Source: Candidatus Woesearchaeota archaeon (GTDB lineage Archaea; Nanobdellota; Nanobdellia; Woesearchaeales; GW2011-AR4). Taken from it: a stretch of 64,000 bases of DNA. The position numbers and the translations under genes are program-made. Below are positions 10,198 to 19,779 of the stretch, piece after piece; within the stretch, counting starts at the first letter, position 1, and each line of letters opens with the position of its first letter. The DNA is taken from assembly GCA_016192985.1 (NCBI GenBank), contig JACPTC010000017.1, positions 65,766-129,765 of the forward strand, given 5' to 3'. The notes beneath the pieces were generated by a model that worked only from the letters and a program-made list of their open reading frames with translations, was not told the origin of the DNA and ran no database searches.

Positions 10198-10734
10198 ATG
10201 GAAGAAAATAAACCATTTTACGATAAGAAATCACTAAAAAATTTTAAATCAAAAAAAATACTGGATTTGGCAGCTGCAAAAACAAAAATATTCAGGATCA
10301 AGGGCAGGGGTAAGACAGCGGGCTTGTGCCATGGTGGCTTTGACCTTTTGCACCCCGGACATATAAGGCATTTTGAAAGCGCAAAAAAACTTTGCGATTG
10401 CCTGTTTGTCTCAGTAACATCCGATAGGTTTGTTTCAAAATTGAAGGGGAATGGCAGGCCAATATTCACAGACAAACTCAGGGCATATGCTGTTGCAGGC
10501 ATAGAATTTGTGGATTATGTTGTAATCAGCGATTTTAAAACTGGTGTTGAAGTTATAAGACTCCTAAGGCCCAGCTATTACATAAAAGGCCCTGATTATA
10601 TTGATAAAAACGACATGGCGTTAAAAGAAGAGATTTCTGCCATAAATTCTGTGGGCGGAGCCATAAAATACACTAATGACCCTAAGTTTTCAACCACAAA
10701 AATAATAAAATATATCAAGGAACACTTTGATTGA
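10198..10734 (+). CDS. Sugar-phosphate nucleotidyltransferase, RfaE/HldE domain II-like (heptose-1-P adenylyltransferase-like)
   Basis: GLCHGGFDLLHPGHIRHFESAKKL (HxGH cytidylyltransferase motif), NGRPI, KGPDY; resembles the HldE C-terminal domain. Confidence 0.7.
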   Translation: MEENKPFYDKKSLKNFKSKKILDLAAAKTKIFRIKGRGKTAGLCHGGFDLLHPGHIRHFESAKKLCDCLFVSVTSDRFVSKLKGNGRPIFTDKLRAYAVAGIEFVDYVVISDFKTGVEVIRLLRPSYYIKGPDYIDKNDMALKEEISAINSVGGAIKYTNDPKFSTTKIIKYIKEHFD

Positions 10735-10760
10735 ATCGCTGCAAAGAAGCCAAATTTATT

Positions 10761-11477
10761 CTAAAACCTCTCTAAGATTTTATACCTTACGAAAAGTTTT
10801 GCAACTGTTTTTATGACTCCAAACACATTATGTGGCATGAAAATATTTATTGACATCTGCTTTTTATGCATCTGCATTGGAACTTCCTTGTAAGTATACC
10901 CCTGATGTAGGAACTGGATAATAATCTCTGCAAATAATGCGCAGCTGTTTGTTGTCATTTTTATATTTTTAAGGAGCTTCCTCCTGCAAAGATTCAATCC
11001 CAGATAATAATTTATGTTCTGCCCGAATAGGAAGTTTGTCGCGCCTGTAAATGCGCCTGAAATTACCCTCCTGTACAAAGGGCGCACTTTTTTGTTTTCA
11101 ATGTATGTTATGATTAAATCAGCTTCACCTGCATGCTTAATAAGCGCCCTTATAGACTCTTCTTTAATCTCATTGTCGCCTGGAACTCTTGTCACGTAGT
11201 CTTTTGTGGCCAATTCCAAACCTTTCTTATACGAGAAGCCCATTCCCTTGTTGGTTTTTGAATGAAACACTTTAATTCTGTTGTCATCCTTTTTCAGCTT
11301 GTCTGCTATTTCCGCTGTTTTGTCGCTGCTGCCGTCATTTACAATTATTATCTCGTATTCGTCAATAAGGCCATTTACTGCTTTCTTTACAGTATTTACA
11401 GTATCTTTTAGATTCCTCTCTTCATTGAAAGCAGGCACAATTATACTTAAAGAATATCTTGACTTTTTTTTTGCCAT
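10761..11477 (-). CDS. GT2-family glycosyltransferase
   Basis: LSIIVPAFNEERNL ... IIIVNDGSSDKT ... RVPGDN; 238 aa. Confidence 0.75.
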   Translation of the reverse strand: MAKKKSRYSLSIIVPAFNEERNLKDTVNTVKKAVNGLIDEYEIIIVNDGSSDKTAEIADKLKKDDNRIKVFHSKTNKGMGFSYKKGLELATKDYVTRVPGDNEIKEESIRALIKHAGEADLIITYIENKKVRPLYRRVISGAFTGATNFLFGQNINYYLGLNLCRRKLLKNIKMTTNSCALFAEIIIQFLHQGYTYKEVPMQMHKKQMSINIFMPHNVFGVIKTVAKLFVRYKILERF

Positions 11478-11489
11478 TTCAAATTTTGA

Positions 11490-12728
11490 TTACCTGTTTC
11501 TGAAATCTTCCATCGTTTCAGTTAAAGCATCTATAACTCTTTTTATCTCCCACTCCCTCATCTGAGGGGAAATTGGCAGGCTCAGCTGCTCGTTAAACCA
11601 GGCACGCTCAAGATTAGGACATTCACCCATGCCATGGCCCCTCATGCGCATTATGCCGCCTAGGTGCATTGGCCAAAACCTTATTACGATGTGTATGTTG
11701 TATTTTTCCTCTATATATTTAACCAAATCGTTCCTGTTGATTTCACCTCCATAATCCAAGAAAAAAGTAAAAAGGTGCCATGCATGTTTACACCCTGGCA
11801 GAATCTTTACTTTTCTTAAGCCTTTAATATTATCGATAGCATCATTGTATCTATTGGCAATATTTTCCCTGATAGAATTAAATCTGTCAAGCTTCTTTAG
11901 TTGCACTCTGCCTACTGCCGCTTGCGGTGTAGACATCCTGTAAGTTTTTCCAACCTCCATTATGCTTTTCCACTCATAGTCCCATGCGTCTCCTGGGTGC
12001 ATGAATGCAACTGATTTCGGCTTTGGATAGTCACCAAGATTTGACGCCTGCCTTTTTATTCGCTCTCCATAAGGGAAATTTGTGCGCAATCCTTGTGCAA
12101 TCTCATGCCATTCCCTTCTATTTGATACAATCATGCCTCCTTCGCCAAGTGTTGTAATGTTCTTAAGAGTTGAAAATGAAAAGCACGCAATATCGCTGTC
12201 GCTGCCTATCTTTTTCCCTTTGTATTCTGCCCCAAGCGCATGGGCAGCGTCCTCGATTACAACTATACCATGCCTATGTGCAATTTCTCTTATTGGGACA
12301 ATATCTGCAGGATTACCACCATGATGAGTTATATATATCGCTTTTGTCTTTTCTGTAATTAAGGACTCTATCTTGTCCGCATCTATGTTTAGTGAGTCAG
12401 GATCCACATCTGCAACCTTAATGGTTACATTGCGCTCAAGAAGAGGAGCGTAAGCAGCCCAGAACGAGTTGCCCTGGCAAATAACCTCATCCTTGTCAGT
12501 CAGGTTTAAAATCTGCATAGCTATATGGAGGGCAGCACCGCATGAGCTTACTGCAACAGCATGCTTCACATTGCAGTATTCCGCAAATTCCTTTTCAAAC
12601 AATTCAACTTCTGGACCTCTTGTTAATGGCTGTCCAGATTCAATAACCCTTTTTATGGCATCAAGCTCTTCCTGCCCTAATATAGAACCAACAGGGTATT
12701 CTTCTATCTTAGGGCTTGCTTCTTTCAT
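11490..12728 (-). CDS. DegT/DnrJ/EryC1-family PLP-dependent sugar aminotransferase
   Basis: 412 aa; DIACFSFSTLKNITTLGEGGMIVSN, HAVAVSSCGAALHIA. Confidence 0.75.
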   Translation of the reverse strand: MKEASPKIEEYPVGSILGQEELDAIKRVIESGQPLTRGPEVELFEKEFAEYCNVKHAVAVSSCGAALHIAMQILNLTDKDEVICQGNSFWAAYAPLLERNVTIKVADVDPDSLNIDADKIESLITEKTKAIYITHHGGNPADIVPIREIAHRHGIVVIEDAAHALGAEYKGKKIGSDSDIACFSFSTLKNITTLGEGGMIVSNRREWHEIAQGLRTNFPYGERIKRQASNLGDYPKPKSVAFMHPGDAWDYEWKSIMEVGKTYRMSTPQAAVGRVQLKKLDRFNSIRENIANRYNDAIDNIKGLRKVKILPGCKHAWHLFTFFLDYGGEINRNDLVKYIEEKYNIHIVIRFWPMHLGGIMRMRGHGMGECPNLERAWFNEQLSLPISPQMREWEIKRVIDALTETMEDFRNR

Positions 12729-13381
12729 TTTTCCAAATCTTTTTCTTTAAAAATATGCAGTACATACTTATTTCCCATATGCACAAAGAAAGCAGGATAG
12801 CGTTTGTTGTCCACAACCCTAAGCAGATTAAACTGCTCACGTATTGTCTTGTCTATATTAAGCTCACTATCCTTTAAAGTTCTTCTCTTGCAAAAGGTGG
12901 GATTGCCAGCTTGCTTTTTTGGCTTTAAATTGGGATAAGAATCTAAAAACCTCAAAACAAGCTCAAATACCTTAAAAGTTTGCTTATGCCTGATTTCGTC
13001 ACTTAGCTCGTGGCCTTCAAAAATTATAGGCTCCTGAAAATAATAGTCACCGCTATCAATTTTTTCTGCTGCCTCAAATAAAGTGATGTAAATAACATTT
13101 TTTCCTTCAAGTATTTGATTGACAAGAGCAGCGCTTCCTCTCCCTTCTGGCAGTTTGCTTGGATGCACCACTATATTGTGCTTGTTAAGCCCCAGCATCT
13201 TATTTGACAATATTGAATTGCAGCCCAGAATAAACAATATGTCCCCTTTCTTTATGTGAGCAGGGTTGGAAATGAATTCCAATTCATGCCCTCGGCCTTT
13301 AATATTCTTAATAAGCTCCGAAACATAGTCATTGAGGTAGCTGTCTTTGTTGTCAATCATTACAGTTATTTTTAATGGCAT
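12725..13381 (-). CDS. Formyltransferase (sugar N-formyltransferase candidate)
   Basis: HPSKLPEGRGSAALVNQILEG matches the formyl-transferase HxSLLPxxRG motif; adjacent to the aminotransferase. Confidence 0.65.
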   Translation of the reverse strand: MPLKITVMIDNKDSYLNDYVSELIKNIKGRGHELEFISNPAHIKKGDILFILGCNSILSNKMLGLNKHNIVVHPSKLPEGRGSAALVNQILEGKNVIYITLFEAAEKIDSGDYYFQEPIIFEGHELSDEIRHKQTFKVFELVLRFLDSYPNLKPKKQAGNPTFCKRRTLKDSELNIDKTIREQFNLLRVVDNKRYPAFFVHMGNKYVLHIFKEKDLEK

Positions 13382-13471
13382 TTTGCGTCACAAAGCACTT
13401 ATTACACAAAAATCAAATCCCCTATTTAAATATAACTGGCATATTATAGAACCTAGAACCCTAAAAATACC

Positions 13472-14596
13472 TCAGTCCCCCACAGGCTCCAAGCCATCAT
13501 AAACCCTTTGAATAAACTTCAACAATTTCTCCTTTGTTATGCTCTCCTTATTTCCGATAATGTTTACTGCAATGCCCCCAACACAGTTTGATATAAATGG
13601 CACAAGCTCCTTTGGAATGCCCTTATAAGTAAGCAAAGACATTATCGAAAAAACTGCATCGCCAGCCCCAACTGTATCAATTACCCTGTGCGTTAAAATA
13701 GGGCATTTGAGGATTTCCTCTGAGTTATCCATGTAAGCGCAACCCTTGCTTCCAAGAGTTATCAGGATTTTGTCTGCAATCCCCATTTTTGCTAGCCTAA
13801 TCATCATTGTATCAATGCTTTCAAACCTGCTTACTAAAGCAAGCTTCATTTCGTTTTCATCCATGCTTGTAAAATTAACATGCCCATATTTGGTTATAAA
13901 ATTAAACCCGTAGTTTGAGCTGTTTGTCTGCACATTTAATGTGATATATTTGGAATACTTCTCAAGCGTTCTAATGATTTTATCGGTGATAAAGCCATGC
14001 CCAAAATCACCTACTACAACCAAATCATATTTTGGCAATTCCTTTTTAAGAGCGTCTATTATCTCGCTCTCTAGTTTTTCGCTTATCGGCACATCATTTA
14101 TGTGCTCTATTTTGAAGAGCTTATGCCCCCTTGCATAATCTATAAACCTAGTCTTTACAGTTGTTGAAGCGTCATTTTTAACAAAGAATTTTGCATTTAT
14201 ATTCCTGTTCAATGAATCTTTAATAAAATCTGCCCTGGAATTAGTATCTCCCATCAAGCTGATAAGGCTTACCTTGTTTGTAAAATTGCTTATATGGTTT
14301 GCAATAATAAGAATTCCTCCTAAGTAAACCTCATGATTCAGATAATCTACAGACATTATAGGGTCTTTTATAGCCCTCCCTTTAGGAACTGTAAAGTGGT
14401 ACTCATCAATTATGGCATCTCCTATTAGCAAAACCTTTAAATCGTCCAAGCCTTCAAGCAGTGCATTCACATCCTCAACAATAAACTTGGATTTTATTTT
14501 CTGGACATACTCTTCATTATCCATTTCAATGAAATGAAATCCTAATTTATTTATAAAACATTTGGAATTAGTATAAATATATAAACCGATTTCCAT
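13472..14596 (-). CDS. PfkB-family sugar kinase, RfaE/HldE domain I-like (heptose-7-phosphate kinase-like)
   Basis: LLIGDAIIDEYHF...GG N-terminal motif and C-terminal DTVGAGDAVFS ribokinase signature. Start may be the internal M at MDNEEYV. Confidence 0.65.
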   Translation of the reverse strand: MEIGLYIYTNSKCFINKLGFHFIEMDNEEYVQKIKSKFIVEDVNALLEGLDDLKVLLIGDAIIDEYHFTVPKGRAIKDPIMSVDYLNHEVYLGGILIIANHISNFTNKVSLISLMGDTNSRADFIKDSLNRNINAKFFVKNDASTTVKTRFIDYARGHKLFKIEHINDVPISEKLESEIIDALKKELPKYDLVVVGDFGHGFITDKIIRTLEKYSKYITLNVQTNSSNYGFNFITKYGHVNFTSMDENEMKLALVSRFESIDTMMIRLAKMGIADKILITLGSKGCAYMDNSEEILKCPILTHRVIDTVGAGDAVFSIMSLLTYKGIPKELVPFISNCVGGIAVNIIGNKESITKEKLLKFIQRVYDGLEPVGD

Positions 14597-14608
14597 ATAC
14601 CATTAAAA

Positions 14609-15649
14609 ATGGCAGACAAACAGAAAAGGGCGATTGTAACAGGAGGGGCAGGATTCATAGGTTCGCATATGACAGAGCTTTTGTTAAGCAGGGAATATAA
14701 GGTTATTTCGATAGATGACTTGTCAAATGGACAGCAGGAAAATATTGACATTTTCACGGATAATAAAAATTATGAATTCTTAAAAATTGATTTGTCACAG
14801 AAATTTGACGACTCGCTGTTTAAGGGCACTACTTACGTATTTCATATGGCTGCTCTTGCAGACATAGTTCCATCAATACAAAAACCATTGAAATACCACA
14901 ATGCAAACGTCAACGGCACAATAAATGTTCTTGAAGCGTGCAGGAGACATAGAGTTAAAAAATTAATTTACAGCGCATCATCATCTTGCTATGGAATCCC
15001 TGACATATACCCAACATCAGAGAATGCAGAAATGAGGCCACAATATCCATACGCATTCACAAAACTTATTGCAGAACAGTATGTATTATTCTGGCATAAG
15101 CTATATAAACTGCCAGTGGTGTCATTAAGGTACTTCAATGTTTATGGAACAAGAGCGAGGACAAATAACACCTATGGTGCGGTTTTTAAGGTTTTTTTGT
15201 CTCAGAAACTGCACAACAAGCCCTTGACTGTTGTCGGAGATGGCAGACAGACAAGAGACTTCGCTTATGTTACAGATGTTGCTAAGGCCACTTTAATCGC
15301 CGCAGAGTCCGATATAGTGGGCGAAGTTATAAACATAGGCACAGGAGCCCCAAAATCCGTCAATTATCTTGCAAAACTTATCGGCGGCAAAACAATACGG
15401 ATTCCAAAAAGACCAGGAGAGCCGGAATCAACGCATGCAGATATTAAAAAAGCAAAAAATTTGCTGAAGTGGATGCCAGAGGTGACATTTGAGGAGGGAG
15501 TTCAAATCATGCTTAACAATATAGGATACTGGAAAAACGCGCCTCTCTGGGACAAGAAATCAATCAAAAGCGCAACAAGGACATGGTTCAAGTACCTATC
15601 TAAACAAGGTGGTAAAAAATCAAAAGCAGATTATTTAATACAGTACTAA
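14609..15649 (+). CDS. NAD-dependent sugar epimerase/dehydratase (SDR, GalE/UXS-like)
   Basis: AIVTGGAGFIGSH Rossmann motif, catalytic YAFTK (YxxxK). Confidence 0.8.
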   Translation: MADKQKRAIVTGGAGFIGSHMTELLLSREYKVISIDDLSNGQQENIDIFTDNKNYEFLKIDLSQKFDDSLFKGTTYVFHMAALADIVPSIQKPLKYHNANVNGTINVLEACRRHRVKKLIYSASSSCYGIPDIYPTSENAEMRPQYPYAFTKLIAEQYVLFWHKLYKLPVVSLRYFNVYGTRARTNNTYGAVFKVFLSQKLHNKPLTVVGDGRQTRDFAYVTDVAKATLIAAESDIVGEVINIGTGAPKSVNYLAKLIGGKTIRIPKRPGEPESTHADIKKAKNLLKWMPEVTFEEGVQIMLNNIGYWKNAPLWDKKSIKSATRTWFKYLSKQGGKKSKADYLIQY

Positions 15650-16614
15650 TTACGGGTGGCTCTGGCTATGTTGGCAGCGCCTTAGTTCCAAAACTGCTTT
15701 CCCACGGATATAAAGTAATTGTATATGATTTGTACATCTATGGAGATGTTTTTTCTGATATAAAAAACCCAAACCTTATTGAGATAAAAGGAGACATAAG
15801 AAACCAAGATATTCTTATAAATGCTGCTAGAGGCGCTGATGCAATTATACACCTTGCATGCATTTCCAATGACCCAAGCTTCGAGCTTGACCCAGCAGTA
15901 GGCAAATCAATAAATTATGATGCGTTTTACAATGTCTTGGAAGCGGCAAAAGCCAATAAGGTGAAAAGACTGATTTATGCAAGCACATCAAGTGTCTATG
16001 GGATTAAGTCCGAAAAGGATGTTATCGAAACAGCTTCATTGGAGCCGCTGACAGATTACTCTAAATACAAGGCAGAATGCGAGAGAGCGCTTGCAGATTT
16101 TAATGGTGGCTTTGAATGGGCCATAATTAGGCCTGCTACTGTTTGCGGTTATGCAAGAAGGCTAAGGCTTGATTTGGTTGTCAATATCATGACAATCAAT
16201 GCCCTAGTCAATAGGAAAATAAAGATTTTCGGCGGCGAACAGCTGAGGCCAAACATAAACATACTAGATATGGTGAGAGTATACGAGCTTTTTTTGTCAG
16301 CTTCAAGCGAAAAGATAGATGGCCAGACTTTCAATGCGGGATTTCAAAACCTTTCACTAATTGAAATTGCTAAACTTGTGAAAAAAGTATGCAATCAAGA
16401 TACGCCAATAGAAATCGTACCTACAAACGACAAGAGATCTTACCACATCAATTCTGACAAGATAAAAAAGGTCATGGGCTTTAAAACAAAATTCACTGTT
16501 GAAGACGGGATCAGAAGCCTGATTGGAGCTTTCAATAAAGGACTGATAAAAGACGGCTTGAGTAATCCACTATATCACAATATCAAGAGAATGCAGGAAG
16601 TCCAGTTGAAATAA
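15640..16614 (+). CDS. NAD-dependent sugar epimerase/reductase (SDR) with no canonical start codon
   Basis: Frame is open from 15616. It encodes ...TVLITGGSGYVGSALV (Rossmann motif) upstream of the only canonical start (TTG 15730), so the start must be non-AUG or mutated. Catalytic YSKYK motif is present. Confidence 0.65.
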   Translation, partial: TVLITGGSGYVGSALVPKLLSHGYKVIVYDLYIYGDVFSDIKNPNLIEIKGDIRNQDILINAARGADAIIHLACISNDPSFELDPAVGKSINYDAFYNVLEAAKANKVKRLIYASTSSVYGIKSEKDVIETASLEPLTDYSKYKAECERALADFNGGFEWAIIRPATVCGYARRLRLDLVVNIMTINALVNRKIKIFGGEQLRPNINILDMVRVYELFLSASSEKIDGQTFNAGFQNLSLIEIAKLVKKVCNQDTPIEIVPTNDKRSYHINSDKIKKVMGFKTKFTVEDGIRSLIGAFNKGLIKDGLSNPLYHNIKRMQEVQLK

Positions 16615-16641
16615 CCCAAATTTTGATGTTTTAATCATACA

Positions 16642-18546
16642 ATGATAGAAATAGTCTACCTAATTTTTTTGATGCTGGTTTCAATTGCACTAGGCCAGTG
16701 GATTTTAAAACTATTAAAGGTAAGCTTTTCCTCCTATTTGGAAGAGTTTGTTTTTTCCTTGCCGCTTGGATTGTCCACTTTGGCTTATACCACTTTTTTA
16801 ATAGGAATTGTGGGGTTTTTATACAAGCCAGTCATAATCCTAATATTGGCTGTACTTTTTGTTATTCTGTTCCGCGACATAAAAAGATGCTTGTCAAATA
16901 TTGCTAACACCCTAAAAAAATTCAATTCAAAGTCATTGATAAACAAATATTATATCGGGTTTGATTTTTATTCTATTCTTATTGTTTTTATTGTGTTTTT
17001 TGCCATCTTCAATTTTGTGCTTAGTTTTACCCCGCCATGGCATTTTGACGTGCTTGCATACCATCTGGCTGTGCAAAAACTCTACCTTAATGCCCACAAG
17101 ATCATTTATTTGCCTTATCTTTTCTTCTCTAACCTGCCATCATTGGTTGATTGGATATACCTTATTGGCCTTGTACTGCATAATGGCATATTGTCCAATC
17201 TGCTCGGCTACTCTCTTGGAATAGTCTTTATTTTGGCAATTTACTCATTTTGCAGGAAATTCTTCAATCATAGAATTGCTTTGCTGTCATCATTAATTTT
17301 TTACAGCATTCCAATGGTCTCAATGCTAGCAAAAACAGCGCACATAGACGTACAGTTTGCCTTATTTATATTTCTGGCCATATACGCTTTGTTTTCCTAC
17401 TTTTCATCTAAGAGCAATAAATGGCTTGCTTTATGCGCAGTTTTTTCAGGTTTGGGAGCATCAACAAAGATATTCGGCGCAGCAGCTGTTCTGGGAATTT
17501 TATTATTGCTTCTCTTAAATATGGCATCAAGAACAGCAAGCAATGGAATTGGATGGAGGCAATTTTTATTGAGACTAGCCATGTTTGGCGTCATTGCCAT
17601 ATTCGTAACTTCTCCATGGCTTTTGAAAAACTACTTCTTCACAGGGAATCCATTCTGGCCTGCGCTAAATAACATTTTTCATGGCAAATACTGGGATGAA
17701 AATCATCAGGAAGACCTTTCAAAGATGATAAATCTTAGAAAGCCAAGCTTGGCAAACTATGCAAGGCTGCCATGGGATATACACACTCAGGCAGGCAAGA
17801 GTGCAGGAAATATAGATGAAGATTTGGAGATTGGGCCATTCCTGCTTGCCTTTTTGCCAATTTATCTGTTGCTAAGCAAAAAGAACAAAATCATAAACCA
17901 GATGCTTCTTCTAGTTTTTATTTATCTGAGCATCTGGTTTTTCTTATCGCATGTCCTTAGGTATGTGATATTCATAATGCCTTTGGTAGCAATAATCTCA
18001 GCTTATGTATGTGAGGAACTTCTTAACAACTTCCGCATATCAGCAATCCTGAAGGCACTTCTTGTCTTTACTTTCAGCTTTAACCTAATATTCTTGATTC
18101 TATCAACTGCAAAAGAACTGCCTGTTGCAATAGGGTTTGAAACAAAAGACGCTTTTTATTCAAAGTATCCAGGAGCAATATACAAGGCTTCAAAGTTCGT
18201 CAATTCCAACCTGCCTGAAAACTCAAAAATTTTGCTTTTTAGGGATACAAGAGGTTACTTCCTTGACAGGGACTATGTATGGGGTGATCCTTTAATGCAA
18301 TTGTATATTGACTATTCAAAATTCAAGAATGAAGACGAGCTTTATGAAGAGCTGAAAAGCAAAGGCATAACCCATATACTGGCTAACACAAGGTTTAGTT
18401 GGAGTAATGTGCTTCAAGATGTTGTAGCAAATGACTACAGGTATAACAAGAGAATATTAGGCTTGATGGATAATCTATTAATAAAACATACCGTTAATAT
18501 TTACGATAATGAAGGCATTTTGATAAACAGAATGAAAAATGAATAA
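16642..18546 (+). CDS. Polytopic membrane protein, GT-C-like (ArnT/PMT-type) glycosyltransferase candidate
   Basis: 634 aa, about 12 TM helices followed by a C-terminal soluble domain; sits in the glycan cluster. Confidence 0.4.
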   Translation: MIEIVYLIFLMLVSIALGQWILKLLKVSFSSYLEEFVFSLPLGLSTLAYTTFLIGIVGFLYKPVIILILAVLFVILFRDIKRCLSNIANTLKKFNSKSLINKYYIGFDFYSILIVFIVFFAIFNFVLSFTPPWHFDVLAYHLAVQKLYLNAHKIIYLPYLFFSNLPSLVDWIYLIGLVLHNGILSNLLGYSLGIVFILAIYSFCRKFFNHRIALLSSLIFYSIPMVSMLAKTAHIDVQFALFIFLAIYALFSYFSSKSNKWLALCAVFSGLGASTKIFGAAAVLGILLLLLLNMASRTASNGIGWRQFLLRLAMFGVIAIFVTSPWLLKNYFFTGNPFWPALNNIFHGKYWDENHQEDLSKMINLRKPSLANYARLPWDIHTQAGKSAGNIDEDLEIGPFLLAFLPIYLLLSKKNKIINQMLLLVFIYLSIWFFLSHVLRYVIFIMPLVAIISAYVCEELLNNFRISAILKALLVFTFSFNLIFLILSTAKELPVAIGFETKDAFYSKYPGAIYKASKFVNSNLPENSKILLFRDTRGYFLDRDYVWGDPLMQLYIDYSKFKNEDELYEELKSKGITHILANTRFSWSNVLQDVVANDYRYNKRILGLMDNLLIKHTVNIYDNEGILINRMKNE

Positions 18547-18657
18547 CAAGCTGAAAAGCGCTTTTACATTGCTGTGGATACTGTTTTTCTACCTATCACA
18601 CTATTATTTTGTAATAAAGAAATACCTCATTCTTGTACCAAACTACATAAAATTTTT

Positions 18658-19650
18658 TTAGTCTCCTAAAACACCTATGCTCCTGTAATATTTTATTGCT
18701 CTTTTTACAGACTCATTTAGTGGAATTTTCGGCTTCCATCCTAATCTTCTCGCTTTGCTGTTGTCAAAATATTTATAGTTAAAGTGCCATCTTACTGATT
18801 CTGTTGTGAGTGGCGGTTCATCAATTAAATTCTGGAAAAAAGCGCCTAACAGATACATCGGATAATAAGAAACCCTAGGCAACATGAAGCGTATCTTTGG
18901 CTTTTTGAGGAGCTTCGCAATAAGATTATAGAAATCATAAATCCTTGCATTGTTGGTGCTGAGTATATACCTTTCCCCCACCACGCCTTTTTCCATGACA
19001 AGAATCAAGCCATCAACTATGTCTTCCACCGCGACATTTCCGCCACCGCCAGGATAAACAAATTTTATTCGGCCTTGGTATATGCTTTGATACAATCCAA
19101 ACCTTCTTTTGTCAACCTCACCGGCTCCTATAACATAGGACGGGTTTGCAATGACCGCTTTAAGCCCTCTTCCGACATAATACTTTACTTTGTCTTCAGC
19201 AAGCTTTTTAGACTGGGCATATAGGTTATCCTTGAAGTCAAGATTGTAATTCTCATTTAATTTTATCTTCCCGCTTTTTGCGAATCCAAACACAGAGCTG
19301 GAACTTACATTGACCACCTTTTTGACATCTGATTTCAGGCACGCTTTCATAACATTCTCTGTTCCCAAAATATTCGTGCTGAATATTTCATTCTTGCGCT
19401 TTGGACTGCTCAATGTGCATGCTGCCAAATGGAATAGATAATCCGAGCCCCTGACGGCATTTAACACGGACTTGTAATTCCTTATGTCACCTTTTATTTT
19501 TTTTATCTTAAGACCACTTAGAAACGGATGATTTATGTCTCTGGCGAAAACAGTTATTTCGTTTTTGCCGTCATAAAGCTTTCTTACTAGGTTGGCTCCT
19601 ATAAACCCGGAGCCCCCTGTAACCACTATTTTACCTTGGATTTTGCCCAT
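18658..19650 (-). CDS. NAD-dependent epimerase/dehydratase (SDR)
   Basis: KIVVTGGSGFIGANLV Rossmann motif, YAQSK catalytic motif; 330 aa. Confidence 0.75.
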   Translation of the reverse strand: MGKIQGKIVVTGGSGFIGANLVRKLYDGKNEITVFARDINHPFLSGLKIKKIKGDIRNYKSVLNAVRGSDYLFHLAACTLSSPKRKNEIFSTNILGTENVMKACLKSDVKKVVNVSSSSVFGFAKSGKIKLNENYNLDFKDNLYAQSKKLAEDKVKYYVGRGLKAVIANPSYVIGAGEVDKRRFGLYQSIYQGRIKFVYPGGGGNVAVEDIVDGLILVMEKGVVGERYILSTNNARIYDFYNLIAKLLKKPKIRFMLPRVSYYPMYLLGAFFQNLIDEPPLTTESVRWHFNYKYFDNSKARRLGWKPKIPLNESVKRAIKYYRSIGVLGD

Positions 19651-19779
19651 ATTTCCTGTCCCTAAATCTCTAACAAATAAAAATATCTGCTCAGTTCCTC
19701 TATTTAAAAATTTTATCGCTTTTCTGTTCTAAATTCTAAATAGAAATATTTATATATAAGATTCCCAAGGTTTTGGAAT

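Noticed and set aside
14609-16614. The two adjacent SDR genes being one gene split by a frameshift
   Set aside because: Each has its own complete Rossmann motif and YxxxK catalytic motif and normal SDR length, so they are two genes. The anomaly is only the missing start codon of the second.
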